64,000 nucleotides of DNA from a virus (IMGVR_UViG_3300025372_000639:32001-96000); one strand, 5' to 3'. Counted from the stretch's first letter, positions 1 through 8,548 are shown. The notes: a model not told the origin generated them from the letters alone. Numbers and translations are program-made.

Positions 1-236
1 TAGGCTTGTTCCTAGCTTTTCCAGACAGATATCTTGCCCAGGAATCTTCCTCTCCCTGATATTCAACGGTAGACATTGAGGCTGTTACCAACGGCCAATT
101 AGGTTTAACAATAGATTGAAATTGCGGATCAGAAAGAAAACTTTCTGGATTCCAAATTGTGTCGTACTTGTATTCGAGTATTTCGCATTGCATAGGCAGA
201 TATTTAATCCTGCGAATGACTGGTATAAATATTAAC

Positions 237-785
237 ATGAAGAAGTATCATTCTAATTTAAAATTACCTGTACCGTTTGTACCTTTTGAAAAAGGATCTG
301 ATCATTTTGATGAAGTTCCTATAACGGACGAGCATATGAGTCCGGAGTTCCTCAACTGGTTAGCAGGTATGGGATTAACTTTCCGTAAGGCAAGATTTTT
401 TAACAGCATTCCGAATCAACAATATCGATTACATGTCGACGGAGACGTTGTAAAAGAATTAGTAAAATTAAACATAGTATTTGATAGTACAGATACAATT
501 ATGAACTGGTACGAGCCCGTAGATGGTTATCAAGGTACACTTAAACCTAACGGCCTAGGTCAACCGGTATTGTATTATGATAAAGATAAATGTAATTTAT
601 TACACAGCAAACCAGTGAATACACATTGTATCCTAGCTGGAAACATTGTACATGATCTAGTAAACGGTCCTAACAATGGACAAAGTCGAAAATGTTATTC
701 GATGTTTTTAGTTCACAAGGCTACAGATACATTAGTGAAATGGGACGAAGCACTAGAGTTGTTTGGCCCACATCTAATCGATTAA
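237..785 (+). CDS. 2OG-Fe(II) oxygenase/cupin-like protein
   Basis: HxD (LHVD) and distal H (IVHDL) in beta-rich pattern; start moved to ATG 237 just after TATAAATA. Confidence 0.6.
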   Translation: MKKYHSNLKLPVPFVPFEKGSDHFDEVPITDEHMSPEFLNWLAGMGLTFRKARFFNSIPNQQYRLHVDGDVVKELVKLNIVFDSTDTIMNWYEPVDGYQGTLKPNGLGQPVLYYDKDKCNLLHSKPVNTHCILAGNIVHDLVNGPNNGQSRKCYSMFLVHKATDTLVKWDEALELFGPHLID

Positions 786-793
786 TATTTCTT

Positions 794-1411
794 ATGAAGT
801 ACACTATTATCGAAGATTGTAGTCCCTACTACATTAGATTTAAACACGAAGGTATTGAAGATCTTATAGAATACTTGCGTAACATTTATAGCACATCAAA
901 ATTTGTTCAATCATTTACATGGAACAAATATTTTATGCATTGTAGATTAACACGCGAAGACGGTATACGGCTACTGGAAAAAATTCCAGTAGCCGATGAC
1001 ATGAACTTTTTAAAACAACGAGTTAGTTTCTTTGTAAGCAAACCAGGTCTATATTATAGAGCACACAAGGATGGTATAAATGATCAGTTTAGTATAAACT
1101 ATACTATTGATATTGCCGACGATAAGTGTGTTACAAGTTGGTATGATGATGCTGATTTAAAAGAGTACCAATCTTCTACCAATTCTGGCAATTCTAGAGA
1201 ATGTATCAACTTTGATAAAAGTAAACATGTCCCGTTAAAATCAATGATAGCAAAACAAGGTGAATGCATATTGTTTAATACTAACATATATCATGATTGG
1301 GATAATACACTTTCTTCAAATCAACGAGTAGTACTAACACTTCGTCACGAAACACCGGGACAGGTGACATTTGATGATGCTAAACAAATTTTATTCAGGT
1401 CCTTAGTTTAA
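794..1411 (+). CDS. 2OG-Fe(II) oxygenase/cupin-like protein
   Basis: AHKD ... YHDW ... RVVLTLR; stop codon lies inside the downstream tRNA-Val. Confidence 0.6.
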   Translation: MKYTIIEDCSPYYIRFKHEGIEDLIEYLRNIYSTSKFVQSFTWNKYFMHCRLTREDGIRLLEKIPVADDMNFLKQRVSFFVSKPGLYYRAHKDGINDQFSINYTIDIADDKCVTSWYDDADLKEYQSSTNSGNSRECINFDKSKHVPLKSMIAKQGECILFNTNIYHDWDNTLSSNQRVVLTLRHETPGQVTFDDAKQILFRSLV

Positions 1412-1470
1412 TGGTAGAACACTACCTCGACACGGTGAAGACACAAGTTCAATTCTTGTAGGACCTACCA
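1397..1470 (+). tRNA. tRNA-Val(GAC)
   Basis: AGGTCCT/AGGACCT acceptor stem, loop TCGACAC, TTCAATT T-loop, ACCA. Confidence 0.85.
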
Positions 1471-1475
1471 ATTAT

Positions 1476-1550
1476 GCTCCTTTAATATAAAGGCTATTAT
1501 ACCGGTTTTGTAGTCCGGTTATTGCGGTTCGAGTCCGTGAGGGAGCACCA
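1476..1550 (+). tRNA. tRNA-Thr(UGU)
   Basis: cloverleaf, loop TTTGTAG, TTCGAGT T-loop, ACCA. Confidence 0.85.
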
Positions 1551-1556
1551 AATTAT

Positions 1557-1647
1557 AGTGAGTTGGCAGAGCGGCGAATGCAGAAGTTTGCTAAACTTTA
1601 GGTTGACGGAAGTTGACCCGTGGGTTCGAGTCCCACACTCACTGCCA
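1557..1647 (+). tRNA. tRNA-Ser(GCU)
   Basis: AGTGAGT/ACTCACT, loop TTGCTAA, long variable arm, GCCA. Confidence 0.92.
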
Positions 1648-1656
1648 AGAAAACGG

Positions 1657-1685
1657 TTGACAACTACCGCAAAAGGTTGTATAAT
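1657..1685 (+). promoter_or_regulatory. sigma70-type promoter
   Basis: TTGACA-17 bp-TATAAT. Confidence 0.85.
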
Positions 1686-1711
1686 AAACACATAAACAAA
1701 AAGGAAACGAC

Positions 1712-1735
1712 ATGAAACGTTCAGGTAAACGATAG
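1712..1735 (+). other. 7-codon mini-ORF MKRSGKR followed by 16-bp hairpin
   Basis: AAGGA RBS upstream, ATG...TAG, hairpin 1735-1773. Confidence 0.5.
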
Positions 1736-1829
1736 TGTCAACCTTAGATCCCGTATTGGTCTAGGGTTGGCACATTAAAGATCTCTTTAACAAGAATTAA
1801 GACGTTAAAGAAACTTTTAATACAACTAA

Positions 1830-1905
1830 CCCTTTCTAGCGTTAATGGTAGCGCACTTGACTCTTAATCAATGAGGTGTCGGTTCGAATCCGACGGGAGG
1901 GACCA
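1830..1905 (+). tRNA. tRNA-Lys(CUU)
   Basis: loop CTCTTAA, GGTTCGAATCC, ACCA. Confidence 0.9.
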
Positions 1906-1909
1906 ATAT

Positions 1910-1985
1910 GGGGCCATAGTTAAGCGGTTATAACATCACCCTTTTAAGGTGTAAGACCTCGGTTCGAATCCGAGTGGCCCTACCA
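1910..1985 (+). tRNA. tRNA-Lys(UUU)
   Basis: loop CTTTTAA, GGTTCGAATCC, ACCA. Confidence 0.9.
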
Positions 1986-2046
1986 AAAGATGTTGTTTTA
2001 TATGGAACTTTGCTAAATAATAGTAATATTTTAATTAAGGTTCGAT

Positions 2047-2625
2047 ATGAAACAATGTCCTAAATGTAAAGCAGAGCACAATAATTCTGGAACGTTCTGT
2101 TCAAGAAGTTGTGCTAATAGCAGAGTATTTTCTGATGAGTCTAAATTTAAAAAGAGTATAGCACTCAAAGGTAGAAAGCCCACAGGCGTTATTGCAGACA
2201 AAGAAGCATGGGCAAGGAAGATAAAGGAAACGGCATTACAAAAATACTTAGCAAAGTCCTTTGATGAGTTAGGTATGGAAAATAAACGTCGAAGAGTATT
2301 TGAGGAACAGAAGTATTGTTGTAATAAGTGCGGCATAAGTGAATGGTTCACTAGGCCTATATCTTTAGAGTTAGAACATAAAGATGGGAATAACTTAAAC
2401 AATATAAGAGAAAATTTAGAAGGATTGTGCCCTAATTGTCATAGTATCACAGATACATGGCGAGGAAGAAACAAGCCTGCTAAAAATGGAATTAATCAAA
2501 TTAGTGATGAATCTTTGTTGCAATGTCTTAAAGAGTCTAAAAATATTAGACAGGGCTTGTTAAAGGCAGGTATAGCGGCAAAAGGTAAGAACTACGAGAG
2601 AGCAAAAAAATTATTAGGACGTTAA
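2047..2625 (+). CDS. HNH homing endonuclease
   Basis: CxxC, FCSRSC, LELEHKDGNNLNN...NL..LCPNCHS. Confidence 0.9.
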   Translation: MKQCPKCKAEHNNSGTFCSRSCANSRVFSDESKFKKSIALKGRKPTGVIADKEAWARKIKETALQKYLAKSFDELGMENKRRRVFEEQKYCCNKCGISEWFTRPISLELEHKDGNNLNNIRENLEGLCPNCHSITDTWRGRNKPAKNGINQISDESLLQCLKESKNIRQGLLKAGIAAKGKNYERAKKLLGR

Positions 2626-2635
2626 CGTCCTACCA
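2616..2635 (+). pseudogene. collapsed tRNA remnant (acceptor stem + ACCA only)
   Basis: AGGACGT-TA-ACGTCCT-ACCA overlapping the HNH stop codon. Confidence 0.5.
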
Positions 2636-2735
2636 TATAAAAACACATTAGAGAGTGGGCTAGCGTATATTCTACCATAAGAACGGATATAGGTGACTTG
2701 GTTCAATTCCAAAGTCTAGTGTGTTTCTATATGGT
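2632..2735 (+). ncRNA. long-stem ncRNA with T-arm-like hairpin
   Basis: ACCATATAAAAACACATTAGA pairs TCTAGTGTGTTTCTATATGGT; internal TTGG-TTCAATT-CCAA. Confidence 0.55.
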
Positions 2736-2808
2736 GATGTAGCATAGCGGCTAATGTACCTCCTTCATACGGAGATTATCGTCGGTTCGAGTCCGACCAT
2801 CACTACCA
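2733..2808 (+). tRNA. tRNA-Met(CAU), elongator or Ile2
   Basis: loop TTCATAC, cloverleaf, ACCA. Confidence 0.88.
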
Positions 2809-2815
2809 AGAATAC

Positions 2816-2904
2816 GGAGGGTTAACTGGGCTGGGCCCAGCACGGTCTTGAAAACCGATGGTGTGCGAAAGCGCATAGAGTTCGATTCTACTAGCCCTCC
2901 TCCA
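2816..2904 (+). tRNA. tRNA-Ser(UGA)
   Basis: loop CTTGAAA, long variable arm, TCCA; bulged T-stem. Confidence 0.85.
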
Positions 2905-2911
2905 AGTTAAT

Positions 2912-3004
2912 GGGGAATACTTCCGCTTGGTTGCGGAGGCATTCTGTTTAGAATGTGTACAGCAAAACATCAAACAATTGGTTCGACTCCAATATTCCCC
3001 GCCA
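2912..3004 (+). ncRNA. atypical tRNA-like RNA carrying GTACAGCAA motif
   Basis: GGGGAAT/ATTCCCC-GCCA, T-arm TTGG-TTCGACT-CCAA, no 7-nt anticodon loop. Confidence 0.7.
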
Positions 3005-3010
3005 CAATTT

Positions 3011-3131
3011 GCCGCTGTCGTCTAATGGTAGGACACCTTATAAAAGGGTGACTCTGTATAGAGTACGTTCAGCAATTTTCTTAATCCATGCCAAGGGGGT
3101 TATCTAGGTTCGAATCCTAGCGGCGGCACCA
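3011..3131 (+). ncRNA. 121-nt tRNA-like RNA with about 45-nt insertion in anticodon arm carrying GTTCAGCAA
   Basis: GCCGCTG/CGGCGGC-ACCA, normal D- and T-arms, expanded anticodon region. Confidence 0.75.
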
Positions 3132-3133
3132 AT

Positions 3134-3295
3134 TTATAAGTTGTTAATGAAGCGTAGTGCTTTATTGACATTAGTGAAATAACGTATCATAAATTCTTGA
3201 TCATAGATATCTTGAATCATAACACAGCACACACCTTCATACAAAGACAGATGAAAGTGAAGTCCGTTTGGTGTTAAACTATCATACGTTCTCAC
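3134..3295 (-). CDS. small hypothetical protein (53 aa, GTG start; not in ORF track)
   Basis: open frame read by hand, TAAATA directly upstream. Confidence 0.45.
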   Translation of the reverse strand: MRTYDSLTPNGLHFHLSLYEGVCCVMIQDIYDQEFMIRYFTNVNKALRFINNL

Positions 3296-3307
3296 AAAAA
3301 TATTTAT

Positions 3308-3384
3308 GCCCCGTTACGCTAATTGGTAGTGCGGATTCTCTCAAAAGGAGTTGGTTGTAGGTTCGAATCTTACACGGGGTACCA
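3308..3384 (+). tRNA. tRNA-Leu(CAA), short variable arm
   Basis: loop CTCAAAA, cloverleaf, ACCA. Confidence 0.8.
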
Positions 3385-3391
3385 AACATTT

Positions 3392-3467
3392 GCCCGCGAA
3401 GTATTAGTCGGTGGTACACCGCCCTCGTAACGCGGAAGATTCAGTTCGAGGCTGAACGTGGGCACCA
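3392..3467 (+). tRNA. tRNA-Thr(CGU)
   Basis: loop CTCGTAA, ACCA. Confidence 0.8.
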
Positions 3468-3509
3468 AAAAATGCCAAGTTATCGTAAATATATTTGATA
3501 AATAGAATT

Positions 3510-4154
3510 ATGCAATATTGGATATTTGGACATACAGGTTCGGGATACATAGAAATATCAAACCTCATAGAACATGCGGATAATGTTTATCCAGCTGACG
3601 GTCAGAAGCTTTGGAAAAATGTAGATCGAAATTTTAAGAAAAGACAGATAGGATGGATGCCTCCGAGATGGGTTAACATTTACGGTCTATTTGAAGCACC
3701 TCAACCTGACTTTGACCCTTCAGATTATATATTGAACCCTGTCTATCTTAAATTATTAGAAGAAGGGAAAAATACGGTTATACCTGCACATTATCGTCAG
3801 TACTTAAATTATATTGATCTTGTTCCATTTAAAGACACAATAACCAAAGACATGCATAAAATCTTTGTGTCTTCGAGTGATAAGCAAAGAATGATAAACG
3901 ATATAGCAGTCAATCATCCTAACTTAACGGATCAAGATAAAATCAAAGCCCAAGCAGAGATTATAGATTATAATCCACTAACCATGCAATATTTTAAACC
4001 AGAAGGTGGATACGATACCATCATCGAATTAGAAAGAGTGTGGGAAGACTGGAACTATTTGAATAACATTCTAACTGCAATTGGCATCAATCTTCAGAAA
4101 AAATTCTACGATACTTACATGGAAAAGTCTAATGCCATGCGTTCCAGGTCTTGA
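3510..4154 (+). CDS. hypothetical protein
   Basis: long ORF, TAAATA just upstream of ATG. Confidence 0.6.
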   Translation: MQYWIFGHTGSGYIEISNLIEHADNVYPADGQKLWKNVDRNFKKRQIGWMPPRWVNIYGLFEAPQPDFDPSDYILNPVYLKLLEEGKNTVIPAHYRQYLNYIDLVPFKDTITKDMHKIFVSSSDKQRMINDIAVNHPNLTDQDKIKAQAEIIDYNPLTMQYFKPEGGYDTIIELERVWEDWNYLNNILTAIGINLQKKFYDTYMEKSNAMRSRS

Positions 4155-4190
4155 CATTATAGCAAAAATCTGCTAAACTTATAAAATAAT

Positions 4191-4265
4191 CTGGCGTTAG
4201 TATAATGGATAATACAATGAGCTTCTACCTCATGAATGTGGGTTCGATTCCTGCACGCCGGGCCA
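4191..4265 (+). tRNA. tRNA-Arg(UCU)
   Basis: loop CTTCTAC, GCCA. Confidence 0.9.
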
Positions 4266-4272
4266 TACATTA

Positions 4273-4349
4273 CGGTCATTAGCTCAACTGGATAGAGTCC
4301 CGGTCTTCGAAACCGGTTGTTGCAGGTTCGAGTCCTGTGTGGCCGGCCA
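4273..4349 (+). tRNA. tRNA-Arg(UCG)
   Basis: loop CTTCGAA, GCCA. Confidence 0.9.
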
Positions 4350-4371
4350 CTGCACTCTGTTAAATAACTTC

Positions 4372-5121
4372 ATGAATATTCCTTTTACAACTACATTTAA
4401 AACAGATAAAGGTCCATGTACCGTAAGTTATAACAACGGAGATCTTTTTAGATCAGTATGCGGAGGACAATCTGGACTCTTTGATCGATTATCTCCGGAA
4501 CAATTTAATACATGGTTTAATCGATATCATCGAAATTGTTGGAATAGACGATGGGGACACGGATTGTGGAAAGAAGTACCAACAGATAATCCTATTACTA
4601 TTACTGACATAGGCTGCGGACACGCCTTTCAGGATTTAATGTCCGCAGTATATATGCCTAATGCTAGCTTTCATTTAATTGATGGCGATGAATTTTGCCA
4701 AGGTAAAAACCCTACATGGACTGCTGATGGATCATTTATATACAATGATTGGAATGTTGTACGTGACGGTATTGCTAGTAATAATTTAGATCCTGATAGA
4801 TTTGTAATTAATACTCTCGGAAGAGACCCATGGCCTATGAGTGACATCGTTACTAGTTTTTATAGTTGGTGCTTTCATTATAGTACAGATGTATATTTAG
4901 AAAAAGTACTGGCGTCATTAAAACCAGGTGGCAAATTATATCTTACTATTAGAATGATCAAAAATGATCCTAGTATTGAAAAAATTTCAAACGCATTAGG
5001 TGTTAGACCAGAATTTATGAATACATACGACGTTAGTACTAAATCAAATCATATACCAGTATTCAACGATGCTGTTGATTATTTTTATGCAGAGGTCATG
5101 TGGATTCGACCTAAGGCATAA
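4372..5121 (+). CDS. class I SAM-dependent methyltransferase
   Basis: ITDIGCG motif I, LKPGG motif. Confidence 0.75.
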   Translation: MNIPFTTTFKTDKGPCTVSYNNGDLFRSVCGGQSGLFDRLSPEQFNTWFNRYHRNCWNRRWGHGLWKEVPTDNPITITDIGCGHAFQDLMSAVYMPNASFHLIDGDEFCQGKNPTWTADGSFIYNDWNVVRDGIASNNLDPDRFVINTLGRDPWPMSDIVTSFYSWCFHYSTDVYLEKVLASLKPGGKLYLTIRMIKNDPSIEKISNALGVRPEFMNTYDVSTKSNHIPVFNDAVDYFYAEVMWIRPKA

Positions 5122-5130
5122 TATTAATAT

Positions 5131-6588
5131 ATGAGCAATATAATTGTAATAGGCGGAATTTCTTACGATAAATTAGCCAGACCACTCGGACCGTTTCGAT
5201 TAAGAACTGCGGCAGAGGCGTCAGGGTATTCTTTAAAAGTAGTCGATTATGCATGGGCGTTTGATGAAGATAAGATGTTAAATCTTCTTGAAGGCCTAAT
5301 ATCTGACGACACTAAAATATTAGGTATTAGTGCCGCATGGTTTGATCGCCACTACGACGGATCTGCAAATAAATGGGCTAATCAATCTTTTTTTAATCGA
5401 TTTAAAGAAAAATATCCTAACATTGAAATAGTAATAGGTGGAACAAAAACAAATGCACAACCGCTGTTGTTTAACAATGCCAGTTGGTTTATTACTGGAT
5501 TCAGTGATATTGCATTTATTAAACTTTTAGACTATATCTACGGAAAAGATACTAACTTAAAATATTGGAAAGAATCTAATGTTAAGGTCATACACGGTGA
5601 TTCACATTACCCTGTGGCTAACATGGACGACTTAGAAACTATCTTTAAACCAGAGGATAATTTTTTAAGTTATCAACCAATGCCTCTTGAAGTGAGTAGG
5701 GGATGTATTTTCAAATGTTCATTCTGTACTCATCCTTTTCTAGGAAAAAAGAGTTACGATTATATCCGTTCGTCAGAAAGTTTAGCAAAGGAACTCGCAC
5801 GTAACTATGCGTTATTTGGAACTTACAGATACACTATTTCGGACGACACATTTAATGATAGTTACGAAAAACTAGATATGGTCCGTCGTGCAGTTGATAT
5901 TGCAAAAATACCCAATTTTGAATTTGTGGGATATATAAGACCAGAGCTGTTGGTTACTAAAACAGAAATGATTCCTAAATTGATAGACCTAGGTTTAAAG
6001 GGTTGTCACTTAGGTGTAGAATCTATGAATACTGATGCTAGAAAAGTTATCGGTAAAGGCATGGATGTTAACAGAGTTTTAGAAGTAGTAGAACGTTTAA
6101 GAGAACATGATGTAAGAGTTCATGCTAGTTTTATTATTGGTCTCCCTCACGAAACAGAAGAAGAAAATTATAAATGCAAAGATTTTCTAATAGCAAATAA
6201 ACATAGGTATTTTCAGAGCTGGGGATTCAACGGACTAGGTTTAGTTCGAGGAGCTACCGGAGAAGGGTACAGCCTGTTTGAAAAGGATCCTGAAAAATAC
6301 GGCATCAAAACATTTGAAATTCCAAATTCAATGTGGTTAGGATGGACCAATGATTACGGAATGGATAATAAAAAAGCAGAAGATCTAGCTAGAAAATTTA
6401 ATAACGAATCTTGGCCGCATCAGCAATTTGCAGGATGGACATTGGCCCAAGCATGGTTCCACAATCTTACTGATGACCAAATACGCAACGAAACACACAA
6501 GTCTCTTAATATCGATTCTTTAATAAAAAGAAATGGTATAGCAAGAGCAGAAATGAATTACAATGCGATTGTCAATACATCAAGATAA
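5131..6588 (+). CDS. B12-binding-type radical SAM protein
   Basis: SRGCIFKCSFC, IVIGG, DDTF, GVES, FIIGLPHET. Confidence 0.85.
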   Translation: MSNIIVIGGISYDKLARPLGPFRLRTAAEASGYSLKVVDYAWAFDEDKMLNLLEGLISDDTKILGISAAWFDRHYDGSANKWANQSFFNRFKEKYPNIEIVIGGTKTNAQPLLFNNASWFITGFSDIAFIKLLDYIYGKDTNLKYWKESNVKVIHGDSHYPVANMDDLETIFKPEDNFLSYQPMPLEVSRGCIFKCSFCTHPFLGKKSYDYIRSSESLAKELARNYALFGTYRYTISDDTFNDSYEKLDMVRRAVDIAKIPNFEFVGYIRPELLVTKTEMIPKLIDLGLKGCHLGVESMNTDARKVIGKGMDVNRVLEVVERLREHDVRVHASFIIGLPHETEEENYKCKDFLIANKHRYFQSWGFNGLGLVRGATGEGYSLFEKDPEKYGIKTFEIPNSMWLGWTNDYGMDNKKAEDLARKFNNESWPHQQFAGWTLAQAWFHNLTDDQIRNETHKSLNIDSLIKRNGIARAEMNYNAIVNTSR

Positions 6589-7113
6589 CAGAGATTGATC
6601 TATTAAATGATCACTGCTCCATCTTGATGTTAGCCAGTATCTATATTCCGAACTGAAGTTTACGGAACTATGTATTCTACAATTATCAAATGCGTAGATT
6701 CCGCCTTCCTCTAAATGTAGTGCTGTTGATTTATGCACAGCATTGAATTTCCACATTAGTCCTGCGCCAGGGTTCGTAATAATAGGTATTTGAAATTTAA
6801 TTATTCTATTTTGCTTTGCGCCATATACGCCTGCGGCATAATCCGAATGTTCGGGTACATAAGAGTACGGAGACATCCTAGATATATTTGATCCAACATG
6901 CCCGTCGATTGTAAAATATTTAGACATGTGTCTATCAAATAATTTTTGTAATGCAGGGGTATCTGATAAATGAGCAGTAGGTGTTATCTTAATAGAATAC
7001 TCTGCAAAGTCGTTGGAAACTACAAACGGTCCTAATACGGCATACTCTTTTAGATCACTGAGTACATCGTCATCCATTTTCTCAAGAAGTTTGTAAGTAA
7101 AATTATGTTTCAT
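6580..7113 (-). CDS. Asp/Asn beta-hydroxylase-like 2OG oxygenase
   Basis: EHSD, IPIITNP, FDN..IHSSVN...R. Confidence 0.7.
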   Translation of the reverse strand: MKHNFTYKLLEKMDDDVLSDLKEYAVLGPFVVSNDFAEYSIKITPTAHLSDTPALQKLFDRHMSKYFTIDGHVGSNISRMSPYSYVPEHSDYAAGVYGAKQNRIIKFQIPIITNPGAGLMWKFNAVHKSTALHLEEGGIYAFDNCRIHSSVNFSSEYRYWLTSRWSSDHLIDQSLLS

Positions 7114-7799
7114 TTTTGTTTACTATGCAACTGCTTGGGTCTTAATCCTCTTTCAAAATCTGGATAATTTCTAGCACGGTGAATAAGTTCTTCTCTAGTA
7201 AACGGTTCAGTAGGAGGTAATCCTATGTACTTACGTTCTATATCTATTAGATAAACAAGACGTCTAGTATCAGAATAATTGTGAGCACTATGCACATACT
7301 GATTAGCAAATCCGTATATGTCACTCCAATCTATTTCAACACCTTCTGTTTCTAAGAAGATATCGCCCTCGGGGACAAACAAAGGAATGTGAATCCTAAC
7401 GGTACTGCCGTCTATGTTTTCAAGTCCCACATGTCTAGTTATAACATTGTTTTTTTCTAAAATGCTGTATGTACTAACTGGACATACGCTCATATATTTT
7501 TTAGTAAGGGCTACAGCAGTAGGGAATCTATCAAGGATTTCAGGAGTCTCAGTTCTCGATGAGTATATACCTTTTTCTTCCCATGAGTATTTTATTCCTT
7601 CATACTTCCATGCATACTCACTACTTTGAATAGTAGTAGTATCATAGGCAGCACTTCTGTAAGGTTTACCTTTAGCATAATCACCCTCAATGAAGTCAGT
7701 GTGATAATCTAGAAATTCTTTTAGTAAGTTTGGTGCAAGAGCCAGTAACTCCTCTGCAATGGGAAGTTCTTCTCTAAGAAAATAGTATTTTGGATCCAT
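7110..7799 (-). CDS. Asp/Asn beta-hydroxylase-like oxygenase
   Basis: YSIL...RH.G...RIHIPL...HSAHN...RLVYLID. Confidence 0.75.
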   Translation of the reverse strand: MDPKYYFLREELPIAEELLALAPNLLKEFLDYHTDFIEGDYAKGKPYRSAAYDTTTIQSSEYAWKYEGIKYSWEEKGIYSSRTETPEILDRFPTAVALTKKYMSVCPVSTYSILEKNNVITRHVGLENIDGSTVRIHIPLFVPEGDIFLETEGVEIDWSDIYGFANQYVHSAHNYSDTRRLVYLIDIERKYIGLPPTEPFTREELIHRARNYPDFERGLRPKQLHSKQK

Positions 7800-7806
7800 G
7801 AAATAT

Positions 7807-8376
7807 TTATGGTACTGCTATGTCAGCGAATATTTCTTTGGCTCGAGACATTGTAAGTCTCGGAAGTTGAGTGGTATTGCTTCCGTCAGTTACTCCTATA
7901 CTGATGCAATAACGCCCTTCACGGTATGCAGTGACATTATGAGGAACTCCAGTTTGAACAACCGTTGGGCCTTTTATTTCGTATCGTTCTATTAGTTTTA
8001 AAGATCTTGGTTCGAAGAATATGATGTTTGTAGCAACCGGAGTAATAGATGCTACTGGTTTGGCATTGTCACGTTCTTCGTACCAATTCATAGTACTGCC
8101 GGTTCCGCCAATTACCCAATTTATTTTGGTCGCATCACCGGGCTCAATGTCTATATGAGGCTTACTAGAATTGTTAGGATAGAGATAAAAAAGCTCAACC
8201 ATTAACGGTGTTAGTTTATATTTGGTAAAAAAATTCTTTAATTCTTCACTGATTAGGTCTTGGTAATCGAGACTGGCATAGTTATAAGATTGATTGTGTG
8301 CAATAAGTTTGGACACATCGACTCCGTTTTTAAAAACAGGAATATTTAAATTTAAATCAAAATAATGGATGCCCAT
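7807..8376 (-). CDS. 2OG-Fe(II) oxygenase/cupin-like protein
   Basis: PHID, VPHNV, RYCISI; resembles 237..785. Confidence 0.6.
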   Translation of the reverse strand: MGIHYFDLNLNIPVFKNGVDVSKLIAHNQSYNYASLDYQDLISEELKNFFTKYKLTPLMVELFYLYPNNSSKPHIDIEPGDATKINWVIGGTGSTMNWYEERDNAKPVASITPVATNIIFFEPRSLKLIERYEIKGPTVVQTGVPHNVTAYREGRYCISIGVTDGSNTTQLPRLTMSRAKEIFADIAVP

Positions 8377-8396
8377 GAAAATATTTATTTTAACGG

Positions 8397-8425
8397 TTGA
8401 CAGGTATCGTAAATAGTAATATAAT
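8397..8425 (+). promoter_or_regulatory. sigma70-type promoter for the tRNA-like RNA
   Basis: TTGACA-17-TATAAT. Confidence 0.85.
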
Positions 8426-8431
8426 ATATTT

Positions 8432-8544
8432 GCGACCGTGAGTGGAATTTGGCAGACCTGCCGCTTCTTTCGAAAGGAAAAGCTGGTGATGGGGCAACGT
8501 CTTAGACACAGCCTTTGTAGGTTCGAGACCTACCGGTCGTACCA
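8432..8544 (+). ncRNA. 113-nt atypical tRNA-like RNA
   Basis: GCGACCG/CGGTCGT-ACCA, T-arm GTAGG-TTCGAGA-CCTAC, extended anticodon hairpin without 7-nt loop. Confidence 0.7.
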
Positions 8545-8548
8545 AACA

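Noticed and set aside
601-612. ACAGCAA occurrences inside coding regions
   Set aside because: No flanking 7-bp stem or CT-GT partner seen; expected by chance
2912-3004. tRNA-Sec (long D-stem, G73)
   Set aside because: No UCA anticodon loop, 7-bp acceptor stem, unpaired variable region
3011-3131. tRNA-Gly(GCC) with a self-splicing intron
   Set aside because: Insert of about 45 nt is far too small for group I/II introns; discriminator is A, not U; a normal Gly(GCC) exists at 22055
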